64,000 bases of DNA, taken from contig JBPOGI010000004.1 of assembly GCA_051251855.1 (NCBI GenBank), forward strand, positions 352,001 to 416,000. The letters are read 5' to 3'. The notes below the pieces were generated by a model. That model was given only the letters and a program-made list of their open reading frames with translations. It was not told where the DNA came from and made no database searches. Every line of letters starts with the position of its first letter. Within the stretch, counting starts at the first letter, position 1. This document shows positions 20,329 through 29,209 of this stretch, piece by piece. Source of the DNA: Roseibacillus sp. (GTDB lineage: Bacteria > Verrucomicrobiota > Verrucomicrobiia > Verrucomicrobiales > Akkermansiaceae). A program made the translations under genes and the position numbers.

Positions 20329-21093
20329 CTACCACTCATCTGCCCGCGAACTCCGACCTTCCACAAAGTCGCGCAAGAGCTTGTCATCACTGCTCTTTAG
20401 CTCATCAGGTGTGCCCTCAAAGTAAATCTGGCCCTCCTTCATAAACACCACTCGATTCGCAATTCGAAAGACACTCCGCATCTCATGAGTCACCACTACA
20501 TTGGTGATCTGGTGATCGCATTGCAGGTCTTTAATTAAATGGTCGATCGAGTCCGCCGTCACCGGATCCAACCCTGCGTGAGGTTCGTCATAGAGAACCA
20601 TACAAGGCATCTCTACAATTGAGCGCGCAAGAGCTACTCGCTTCCGCATCCCCCCGGAGAGATCCGACGGCATCTTATCGGTTTGACCCGCCAAGCGCAC
20701 AATCTCGAGCGCCTTCTCCACTTTCTCAGCAATGACAGCCTCGCTCTTTTCCCCTGCTTCCCGCAGCGGAAAGGCAATGTTTCCTCCCACCGAGAGCGAG
20801 TCGAAAAGCGCTCCCCCCTGAAACATCATCGACACCTTCCGCCGCACCTCCTCCATCTCCCGTTCACCTTTACAGCTGATTTCCTCGCCATCGACCACGA
20901 TCGTTCCTTCCATTGGACACAACAACCCGCAGATGTGCTTCATCAAAACGCTCTTTCCGCCCCCAGATCCTCCCAAAAGCACTACCGTCTCCCCACGATA
21001 AATATCCAAGTCCACTCCGCGCAGAACATGATTGCTCCCAAAGCGCTGGTGCACATTGCGCATCGAAACGAAAACCTCTCGCGAACCACTCAT
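20329..21093 (-). CDS. ABC transporter ATP-binding protein, MlaF/Mkl family
   Basis: Walker A GGSGGGKS, FQGGALFDSL, LSGGMRKRVALAR, YDEPHAGLDP, VVTH. Confidence 0.92.
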   Translation of the reverse strand: MSGSREVFVSMRNVHQRFGSNHVLRGVDLDIYRGETVVLLGGSGGGKSVLMKHICGLLCPMEGTIVVDGEEISCKGEREMEEVRRKVSMMFQGGALFDSLSVGGNIAFPLREAGEKSEAVIAEKVEKALEIVRLAGQTDKMPSDLSGGMRKRVALARSIVEMPCMVLYDEPHAGLDPVTADSIDHLIKDLQCDHQITNVVVTHEMRSVFRIANRVVFMKEGQIYFEGTPDELKSSDDKLLRDFVEGRSSRADEW

Positions 21094-21162
21094 CGACCAC
21101 AAGTTGACCTCAGAACAAGGGGAGACAACAAGGCATTTCCCCATCGCCTCTTAACTCGCCTA

Positions 21163-21594
21163 TCAATCCTTCGTAAGAGCCAATCGATTGAACGGCAAAA
21201 GGGCAATCAATAGAGAGGAAACCAGCAAGAGCATCATTTGCGAGTCCAACGGCCCCCAGTTCTCAATGAGGCAGCATCCCGTGATCAACACCATCATCAG
21301 CAACGAGACCCCTATAAGCGCGAACTTCGTCTTCAAGCCCAAGAGAAGCATTAGCCCCACCACCGCTTCTACAATCGGGATGGCATAAGCCATCGGAGTG
21401 ACCAAAAATCCAGGAAGTAAACTCTCCGCAAACTGACCTTCCATGTAGCCTACAAACCCGGACAGCTTCGGCAGGCGCACCAAGCCGTGGAAAAAGAGAT
21501 TCACCCCGAGCCCGATCCTCAGTAGCAGGTAGGCCAACTCCTTATTATCGAGACCAAAAATCTTATCTGGGGCTTCGCTAGCGCTATCGTTCAC
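21163..21594 (-). CDS. DoxX family membrane protein
   Basis: LLRIGLG..FFHG..RL, E..VGL.LLLGL.T motifs; four hydrophobic segments. Confidence 0.85.
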   Translation of the reverse strand: MNDSASEAPDKIFGLDNKELAYLLLRIGLGVNLFFHGLVRLPKLSGFVGYMEGQFAESLLPGFLVTPMAYAIPIVEAVVGLMLLLGLKTKFALIGVSLLMMVLITGCCLIENWGPLDSQMMLLLVSSLLIALLPFNRLALTKD

Positions 21595-21752
21595 CTCTTA
21601 AGATGATGCACCCCCAACGAACCGCAAATATTTTTCGAGATAATACTCCAACAGCGAATTCAAGGGCCTCCCTCGGAATCACACCATGCTATAGCCTCAC
21701 CTTCAACCTTCCGACTTGATTCCCCTCTCTTCACCAGAGAACCTATCCCTAG

Positions 21753-22547
21753 ATGAAACTCCTCCAAAACACCCTTCCCGCTCTCGCCACCCTCTTTTGG
21801 GGCGGATCGATTGTCTGGCTCTACGCCGCCGGACGCATGGGAGAGTTCCTCGTCCCCAAGTTTCACAACATCACCCTCTTCGGCGGATTGGGGATGATCG
21901 TTCTCGGCCTCTTCGTTCTTCTCACCCTGCGGGAAAAATCAGACTGCGGCCACGACCATTGCGAACATGGCCACGACCACCACGACCAAAACCCCTTCGT
22001 CGTCCTTCTCCTCATGGTCATTCCCCTTTCCGCCTCACTCGCCACCGACACCTCCGCCGGCTACTCCCTCGACGTCCTTGCGCGCAAAGGTCTCTACGAC
22101 AATCAAGTCGACACCTCCGCCTACGCCATTCCCCCCTTCACCAAAGAAATGTTAGAAGAGTCCACCCCTCAGAACGAGGACGGCCGCTTCCAACTTCCCC
22201 TCAGCCAGATCTTCTTTTCCGCTGGAGACGAATCCATGATGGAAGTCTTCGGCGAGATCGAAATCGAAACCGAAGGCCAGATCGTCGCCGAGCGTGACAA
22301 TAACGAAGCTGGCAACCGCCTGCGCATCTACCGAACTCTCATGACCTGCTGCGCCGCTGACGCCATGGTCCTCGCCTTTCCTCTCGAATTCGAAAATCCC
22401 CCCGCCACCTTTGAAGAACGCTCTTGGGTCAGAGTCGGAGGCACCCTCCGCTACGAAACCCTCGAAGTGGGAGACTCTCCCGTCCTCCACGTCGAGAAAA
22501 TGGAAGCCATCCCACCCCCTTCGCAAGGAGGCTTCACAGGCTGGTAG
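21753..22547 (+). CDS. DUF1980/TIGR03943-like membrane protein with His-rich loop
   Basis: Three TM segments, CGHDHCEHGHDHH loop, MTCCAADA motif. Confidence 0.85.
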   Translation: MKLLQNTLPALATLFWGGSIVWLYAAGRMGEFLVPKFHNITLFGGLGMIVLGLFVLLTLREKSDCGHDHCEHGHDHHDQNPFVVLLLMVIPLSASLATDTSAGYSLDVLARKGLYDNQVDTSAYAIPPFTKEMLEESTPQNEDGRFQLPLSQIFFSAGDESMMEVFGEIEIETEGQIVAERDNNEAGNRLRIYRTLMTCCAADAMVLAFPLEFENPPATFEERSWVRVGGTLRYETLEVGDSPVLHVEKMEAIPPPSQGGFTGW

Positions 22548-22609
22548 CACACCTTTCCTTCCCCAAAAAAACAGGCTGGATTCTCAGGCCTCCTCTCCGA
22601 AGCTACGTC

Positions 22610-23473
22610 ATGAACCTCAAGCTCCCTAACCGCACCCTCTCTTGGCCTCGGCGAGGTTGTGTCATGGGCATTCTCAACATCAACCACGACTCCTTTTCTG
22701 GAGACGGCAAAGTAGATCAAACTTGGGCCGCCCAGCGTGCTCGCCAAATGATCGCCGACGGAGCCGACTTCATCGACATCGGGGCCGAGAGTGCGCGCAC
22801 CAACCGCGACGCCATCTCCATCGACGAAGAGATCGAACGCTTCGCTGGGTTCTGCAAAAATTGGCCCGACATCATCGCCCAATCGCAACCTCGCGATGAG
22901 AGCCAAGTCTGGCCCCCTGTTCTTTCTGCCAATACTTGGAGACCCGAGGTCGTCGCCACCGTCGTCACCATGGGAGCGGAACTCGTTAACGACATGAGCG
23001 GCCTCCCCGACAATCAAAACGCCCAGCACTGCTCAGATTCCGAGGCAGCCCTCCTCATCATGCACTCCGTCGGTGCCCCCAAAGTCGATCATTCTCACGT
23101 GCGCTGGCCTGACATCCTCGGCTCGATGGAAGACTTTTTCGCCGAAAAACTCGCCCAATGCGATCAAACTGGTCTCTCTCGCAACCAAGTCATTCTCGAT
23201 CCTGGCTTCGGCTTTGCAAAGACTCCCGAAGACGACCTTACCGTTCTCTCCCATCTAGACCGACTCACTTCCTTCAAACGCCCCCTTCTTCTCCCCGTGG
23301 GACGCAAAGGCTTCATCGGCGAAACCCTCGACATCGAAGACCCCACCGCTCGCGACGCCGCCACCCTCGCCTGCGTCACCGCCGGCCACACCCGCGGCGC
23401 TTCTATTTACCGCGTCCACGAGGTCAAAGGCTGCTTCGAAACCCTGAAGGTTTTGCACGCGCTACACCCCTAA
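22610..23473 (+). CDS. folP: Dihydropteroate synthase
   Basis: VMGILNINHDSFSGDG, IDIGAESAR, ILDPGFGFAK, GRKGFIG, RVHEV. Confidence 0.93.
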   Translation: MNLKLPNRTLSWPRRGCVMGILNINHDSFSGDGKVDQTWAAQRARQMIADGADFIDIGAESARTNRDAISIDEEIERFAGFCKNWPDIIAQSQPRDESQVWPPVLSANTWRPEVVATVVTMGAELVNDMSGLPDNQNAQHCSDSEAALLIMHSVGAPKVDHSHVRWPDILGSMEDFFAEKLAQCDQTGLSRNQVILDPGFGFAKTPEDDLTVLSHLDRLTSFKRPLLLPVGRKGFIGETLDIEDPTARDAATLACVTAGHTRGASIYRVHEVKGCFETLKVLHALHP

Positions 23474-24283
23474 CAGGCGGAAAAACCGTTGGGTATCACT
23501 CGACAACAAAGCAGGGTGAACAATTCGAATCACCTGCGTCGTCCCATCATCACTCACCACCGACGGACTCGCCACCACGTCAATCCAATCACTTTCCAAA
23601 AGAGTGTCTCCCTCAGATTCCTGCAGCACAAATTGCACCTGCCCTGCCTGTGCAGTTGGAAACTCGAATTCAATTCCTGGTCGACCAGCTGAAATCACAA
23701 AACAAACCGAAGGAAGCACAAGAGGCTCTGGCTCCGCAACAGCAGTCAACTGAATCGAATTAAAAACATCGTTCCCTGCACTCAGGGTATCAGGGGAACC
23801 GGCAAAATATTGGTCAACAGCAGGTAAAGAGATACTCACACTCGCATCGAGCTCAGAGACCGGAAAAGTCCACGAACTCAAACTCGAAGAGAAAACCGCA
23901 AACTGAGTCGCGGTGGAAATATTCAAGCTATCCGTAACCAACAGATAGATTTTGGATGACGGCAAACCTCCTAGGTCTCCCGAAAATTGTCCTGCCGAGA
24001 AAAAACCACTCGCTCCACTGGGGTTCGTAGAGAGTGATCCAAAGAGAGTGAAATCGGCTAGGAGCTCGGCGTTCGTCGCAGCTTCGTCCGGAAGAGACGC
24101 ATAGGTCCCCGCGAACAAATACCCGCCCGCAAGAGGGGCTTCGTCCTCCAACTCGAATAAAACGAAGCTCTCAACGGTCCCCGCACTTGGGCTAAAATTA
24201 AAGGAAGCAGAAGCCTTAAGCTCGCAAAACGACGCGCAAAAAAGACTCAATAAGGAAACAGGAAAAGCTGAATTCAATTTCAT
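23462..24283 (-). CDS. Secreted protein, paralog of the adjacent PEP-CTERM protein, ending in an FFRL domain
   Basis: Signal peptide; shares IYL.VTD...ATQ.AVF...SWTFP with 24350-24949; ends QRFFRLLGV. Confidence 0.82.
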   Translation of the reverse strand: MKLNSAFPVSLLSLFCASFCELKASASFNFSPSAGTVESFVLFELEDEAPLAGGYLFAGTYASLPDEAATNAELLADFTLFGSLSTNPSGASGFFSAGQFSGDLGGLPSSKIYLLVTDSLNISTATQFAVFSSSLSSWTFPVSELDASVSISLPAVDQYFAGSPDTLSAGNDVFNSIQLTAVAEPEPLVLPSVCFVISAGRPGIEFEFPTAQAGQVQFVLQESEGDTLLESDWIDVVASPSVVSDDGTTQVIRIVHPALLSSDTQRFFRLLGV

Positions 24284-24349
24284 GAGAAAATCGATGCCCC
24301 CAAGTAAACCGAGACCTCTCCCCCGTAGCACCTTTCCCGAAGTCCCTTG

Positions 24350-24949
24350 CTATCGGCGACGTCGCACGACCCCAAAGACGGCAACAAATCCTAATAGCGT
24401 GATAGAAGGCTCCGGAACCGCAACAAGTCCAATCGCAGGGCCACCGCTTGTCAAACTAGAGGTGGTCTCTAACCCAGCCAAGAGACTCGCTCCTGAGGCT
24501 CCAAGCACCACATCATCCAAAGAAATTGAGGGACTGAGCGCAATGTCACTCCCAGGAAACGTCCAGCTCGCGTCGCTGGTGTTGGTGAAGACTGCAAGCT
24601 GTGTTGCATCACCGATCGATGCCGTATCAGTAACCATCAAATAGATGGGAAGACCCGCTTCGGCTCCAATCACTGTGTCGGGAAAATCAGGATCTCCAAA
24701 ATAGCCGCTGGCAGCACTATCATTTCCGAGAACGGCCCACTCCATGAAATTCTCCTGCAAATCGGCAGCACCCAAACCGATTGGACTGGTAGCATAGTAA
24801 CCAGCATGAAGAAAACCATTCTGAAGAGGATCTCCTGAAGCCACCTGAAAGAGCACGAAATTGGTTCCGGAATCAAAGCCGACTGTAGCGGCCGACGCTT
24901 CGAAAATGAGTGATACAGCAACCGCTGGAAGTAATGTTGATAAGCGCAT
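24350..24949 (-). CDS. PEP-CTERM sorting domain protein
   Basis: Signal peptide; C-terminal VPEPS + hydrophobic helix + RRRR. Confidence 0.93.
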   Translation of the reverse strand: MRLSTLLPAVAVSLIFEASAATVGFDSGTNFVLFQVASGDPLQNGFLHAGYYATSPIGLGAADLQENFMEWAVLGNDSAASGYFGDPDFPDTVIGAEAGLPIYLMVTDTASIGDATQLAVFTNTSDASWTFPGSDIALSPSISLDDVVLGASGASLLAGLETTSSLTSGGPAIGLVAVPEPSITLLGFVAVFGVVRRRR

Positions 24950-25013
24950 GAAGTAATTTAGGTTTGAAATATTGTTTTAGGAGAAAAGAAACTGTGTGAA
25001 TGAAGCCGAAGAC

Positions 25014-26141
25014 TTATGGAGCCATAACAGTGGGAAACACCCAATCTAAGGGAGGATTTGGAGCCTTTCTTTGGATAAAGAAGGCGCCATCAAGCGGGGT
25101 GCTGCTGACATCAACTGTGTTATCTGCGGAGCTGACCCAGCCCATCACATCGTTAGGATCAAGAAAGTCGGGGACATTCTCGTCTTTGTAAAAATACTGA
25201 ACGTAGCTAGTTCCATTCCAAGCAACAACCAGCTCGGCATTACTTGCATTCAAACCCGGTTGAAGCGAAGTGAGAAAAGTTGTATCCGCTGCATCATAGA
25301 GACCAGAATTGCCTAAGGTCACTTGCCCCTCAATTGGATAGGGCACGTTCACTAGATTGTAGCCTTCTACAATCTGGACATTGATTGAATCATCAATGAC
25401 ATCACCATACACGACGACCTCGTAGGCAGAAGCGGTCGAACGACGCATAACGATGAAGCCTTGGTTGGGGGCCAGAGTCAGACTACTCACGTCGATAGTA
25501 TTATCGGCAGAAGAGACCCATCCGATGACATCGTTGGGATCAAGAAAATCGGGAACGTTCTCATCCTTGTAAAAATAAGTTTGAAAGGAGCCTCCTTCGA
25601 AAAAGATGACTTGGTCTGCAACTCCTGCATTCAAGCCGCCTTGAAAACCTTTTGCAGTTGGGTCCGCTCCAAAAACTGACGCCAATGTATTGTGCTGATA
25701 GATACGGAAGGACTCGCCAACTAACGCAGAAGTATCACCTGAGCCCGTGGCCAGAGTGAGCGTGTCAGCCGTATTCGAATCGATGTCGTAAATCTGCCCT
25801 TCCAACGAACCAGTCGTGATCAGGACGAAGTGAGGTCCCTCACTCCCCGCAAAATCATCAACTCCCCAGGTAGAAGCGCTTGCGGAAATCACGTCAGTCC
25901 CTCCTGCGGTAATCTCACCCACAGATTTTCGCTTCTGAGCAAGGGCATGGTTCACAAAGTTGTAACTTGGACTGTCGGACGAAGCTGCAGCAGTTGCTTT
26001 TAATTTCACATAACCCGCAGGCGACGTGAAGACGGTCTGCCCCTGAGACGAAGTGAGCAATGCAAGGCCACCGACAATCAATGAAGTCGTTCGCAAAGCA
26101 CGGGGAATTCGAATGGAAAAACAAGAGGGATCGAATTGCAT
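25014..26141 (-). CDS. TIGR02597-like Verrucomicrobial secreted protein with internal duplication
   Basis: TVFTSPAGYVKL N-terminus, TLASVFG, YFYK repeats; family name from recollection. Confidence 0.75.
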   Translation of the reverse strand: MQFDPSCFSIRIPRALRTTSLIVGGLALLTSSQGQTVFTSPAGYVKLKATAAASSDSPSYNFVNHALAQKRKSVGEITAGGTDVISASASTWGVDDFAGSEGPHFVLITTGSLEGQIYDIDSNTADTLTLATGSGDTSALVGESFRIYQHNTLASVFGADPTAKGFQGGLNAGVADQVIFFEGGSFQTYFYKDENVPDFLDPNDVIGWVSSADNTIDVSSLTLAPNQGFIVMRRSTASAYEVVVYGDVIDDSINVQIVEGYNLVNVPYPIEGQVTLGNSGLYDAADTTFLTSLQPGLNASNAELVVAWNGTSYVQYFYKDENVPDFLDPNDVMGWVSSADNTVDVSSTPLDGAFFIQRKAPNPPLDWVFPTVMAP

Positions 26142-26290
26142 TCCAACTTTTTGCCTGCCCAGTAAGGAAAGCGCAATCATAAAGTAATCAAAGACTTTGA
26201 ACAAATCCCTAAAAATCAACCACTCTCGAGAGGAAATAGTTCAGCTGAACACTTTTATCTTGCCAAGGAAATCACCATTGGAAAAACTCT

Positions 26291-27646
26291 TTGGTGGCTA
26301 GCGAATATGTCCATCTCCTTGAAGCACTGCGTTCTGGTTGGCTCGCTGAACAAGTTATCGCCCTGCCGAGCGAGATTGAACTCCAATCCCTCTTCTTCGC
26401 CGGTCATTTCGGGCGATGCTTCCAGACCCTTGATGGCAAGAACGTCGAAATTCGTCAGTTCGGAGAGTGGAACCACGGCCCAGGACCGGACTTTCTCAAC
26501 TGCGCCATAACGCTCGATGGGCACCCCTCCCACGGCCCCGTTGAACTCGATACTCGCCCCAGTGACTGGGAGGCCCACGGCCACGCCACTAATTCGGCCT
26601 TTAATGAAGTTGTCCTCCACCTCTCCGTCGAGCCCGCCCAGCGCACCACCTTCATCCGGACCCTCGAACATCGCGAAGTCCCCCAAGTCTGCATCCCTCC
26701 CGAACGCCTTGAAACCATTCTCCCTCCCCCTCTCTATCAAGCACCCGTCACCCTAGGTCGCTGCTATCAGCCTCTCGGCCAAATACCTGTTTCCCGAGTC
26801 GAAGATTTACTCAAAAAAGCCGCCCTGCATCGCGCACTGCAAAAGGCGAAACGCTTCCACTGTGTCGCCGACATCCACGGCTATCCCCAAGCCCTCTGGC
26901 AAGCACTCGCTAATGCCCTTGGTTATCATCAAAACCAACTCGCAATGACCCTCCTCGCCCAGCGAGCTCCCCTCAGCCAGATGCGCCATCTTTCCCCCAC
27001 CGAACGAAGCAGCTATCTTTTTGGCCTCGCCGGTTTCCTCTCTCCCGACCTCCCCAACAGCGCTCCCCCAGAATCCCACGAATGGTTATGCGAGCTCTGG
27101 TCCAGTTGGTGGAAAAACCGCCCCCACCCCGAACCACGGACTCTGCCTTGGAGGTTCGCCGGCATCCGCCCCACCAACCACCCCCAACGCCGCGTCGCCG
27201 CCCTCACCACCCTCCTCTCCTCTTGGCCCACCTTAGAAAAACTCTCCCAAGGCTCCTTGTCCGAGTTTGCCAAAAAGCTTCAGCAAGGCACCGACCCCTT
27301 CTGGAATCATCACTTCACTCTTACCTCCTCCCCAACGGAGAAGCCCATCTCCCTCTTCGGCAAACAGCGGGCCCAAGACTTCCTCGCCAACGTTCTGCAC
27401 CCCTTACGTCTCGCCGAAGACCCCGAACAGCACTGGCCCGCCTACGCCCAACTCCCTGGCGGGACTCCATCAGAGCGTGTCCAACGCGCCGCCTACCGCC
27501 TCTTCGGCGACCGCGAGGAAAAATCCTCCTTTCTAAAAAAAGCCTGGCACCACCAAGCCCTCCTCCAAGTCTACCAAGATTTCTGTCTCAAGGATCACAG
27601 TGACTGCGAAGAATGCCCCTTCCCCGAACAACTCCTCAATTGGTAA
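26291..27646 (+). CDS. DUF2851 family protein
   Basis: GEWNHGPGPDF, DWEAHGH, VVLH, IRPTNHPQRR, FWNHHF, C-terminal FC...C..CP. Confidence 0.88.
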   Translation: MVASEYVHLLEALRSGWLAEQVIALPSEIELQSLFFAGHFGRCFQTLDGKNVEIRQFGEWNHGPGPDFLNCAITLDGHPSHGPVELDTRPSDWEAHGHATNSAFNEVVLHLSVEPAQRTTFIRTLEHREVPQVCIPPERLETILPPPLYQAPVTLGRCYQPLGQIPVSRVEDLLKKAALHRALQKAKRFHCVADIHGYPQALWQALANALGYHQNQLAMTLLAQRAPLSQMRHLSPTERSSYLFGLAGFLSPDLPNSAPPESHEWLCELWSSWWKNRPHPEPRTLPWRFAGIRPTNHPQRRVAALTTLLSSWPTLEKLSQGSLSEFAKKLQQGTDPFWNHHFTLTSSPTEKPISLFGKQRAQDFLANVLHPLRLAEDPEQHWPAYAQLPGGTPSERVQRAAYRLFGDREEKSSFLKKAWHHQALLQVYQDFCLKDHSDCEECPFPEQLLNW

Positions 27647-27676
27647 AAAGCACTCACCCCCATCTCTCACTCAGCC

Positions 27677-28789
27677 ATGCTCACCGCCCTCTTAACCCTC
27701 AATGCCCTCCCCAAAGTTGGTCCCATTCGCATTCGCCGCCTTCTTGCGAAGTTCGGAAACCCCGAAACCATCCTTCGCCAATCAACCGGCTCCCTCCAAT
27801 CCGTCTCAGGCGTCGGTCCCGAAGTCGCCGCCATCATCACCGACTGGAAAAAACTCACCGATCCAGAAGCTGAACTCGCCCTCTGTGAGCGCCACCAAAT
27901 CACCATCCTCACCCCTCAATCTCCCTTCTGGCCGCGCCAACTTGCCGAGAGCCCTGACGCACCCCTGCTTCTCTACATCAAAGGCGAAATCACCGCCGCC
28001 GACCAACACACCATCGGCGTCGTCGGCTCTCGTCGTTGCACCCACTACGGCAGAAGCATCACTCGCACCTTCTCCACCGGCCTCGCAAACTCCGGCTATA
28101 CCATCATCTCCGGCCTCGCCCTCGGCATTGATACCGAAGCCCACCTCGCAGCTCTCGATAGCGGTGGTCGCACCATCGCTGTACTCGGCTCTGGCCTCCT
28201 AGACATCTATCCCTCCCAGAACCGCGAACTCGCCGAGCGCATTGCCGATGGTCACGGCGCCGTCGTCTCCGAATTCCCCCTTCGCTGCCCACCCGACAAA
28301 CAAACCTTCCCCCAACGCAACCGCATCGTCGCCAACTGGTCCACCGCCCTACTCGTCGCCGAATGCCCGCGCCGTTCTGGTTCCCTCATCACAGCCGGAA
28401 TGGCCACCGAATCCGGTCGTCCCGTCTACGCCATCCCCGGCCCCATCGACCGTCCTCAGTCCGAAGGCTGTCATGATCTCATCCGTGAAGGCGCCACTCT
28501 CGTCACCCAACCCAGCCAAATCCTCGAGGACCTCCAAGAACTTCCTCTCTTCAAAAACAAGAAACCCAGCCCTCAAAACCCAGCCCGAAAAACTCCTGAG
28601 CCCCACAACCTCAACGAACTCGAGACCCTCGTCCTCGGACACCTCGACAGCACCGAGCGTACCATGGACCAACTCGCCGACCTCTCTCAGGAACCCATCC
28701 ACATCGTTTCGGCCACCCTTCTCGGCCTTGAGATGAAGGGCCTTGCCAAACAAATCTCTGGCCAACGATACGTCAAAGCTCTTAGCTAA
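27677..28789 (+). CDS. dprA: DNA-processing protein DprA
   Basis: VVGSR, ISGLALGID..AH, FPQRNRI, SGSLITA, C-terminal winged helix (LEMKG). Confidence 0.96.
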   Translation: MLTALLTLNALPKVGPIRIRRLLAKFGNPETILRQSTGSLQSVSGVGPEVAAIITDWKKLTDPEAELALCERHQITILTPQSPFWPRQLAESPDAPLLLYIKGEITAADQHTIGVVGSRRCTHYGRSITRTFSTGLANSGYTIISGLALGIDTEAHLAALDSGGRTIAVLGSGLLDIYPSQNRELAERIADGHGAVVSEFPLRCPPDKQTFPQRNRIVANWSTALLVAECPRRSGSLITAGMATESGRPVYAIPGPIDRPQSEGCHDLIREGATLVTQPSQILEDLQELPLFKNKKPSPQNPARKTPEPHNLNELETLVLGHLDSTERTMDQLADLSQEPIHIVSATLLGLEMKGLAKQISGQRYVKALS

Positions 28790-28798
28790 CTACTTATC

Positions 28799-29068
28799 GT
28801 GCAAGTCAACCCAATCGAACTATCATTTCCCTGCCCCGCCTGTGGAATTCGGCTGACGATCCAGCAAACCGTCGCAGATGGTCCTTGCCCCCACTGCCAC
28901 ATCCCAATTCAAGTTGAGCTCAAGGCCGGTCTCCGCGAGGTCGACGCCCTGCCCAAAGAGGACATAACTGCCCTCAAAAACACCTTTGATCGCCGTCGCT
29001 TCCGTCCTGCCAGCCAAGGAGCGAAGGTCAACGTTAAGTCTCACCATCGCCTTTCTGACCATCAGTAA
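28799..29068 (+). CDS. Small zinc-ribbon protein
   Basis: CPAC...CPHC; starts 9 nt after dprA stop. Confidence 0.6.
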   Translation: MQVNPIELSFPCPACGIRLTIQQTVADGPCPHCHIPIQVELKAGLREVDALPKEDITALKNTFDRRRFRPASQGAKVNVKSHHRLSDHQ

Positions 29069-29209
29069 GTGAGCGAAGATCGGCTTCTTGCCCCTAATAA
29101 ATAGCCTCCCAAAGGCTCCCTCTACCCATCTCAGAAGGATTATATTAAAGGGTTCGGATCAAAAAACCCTTGGCAAACGGCCCAATTCGTCCGTTAGTCC
29201 CCGCTCAAG

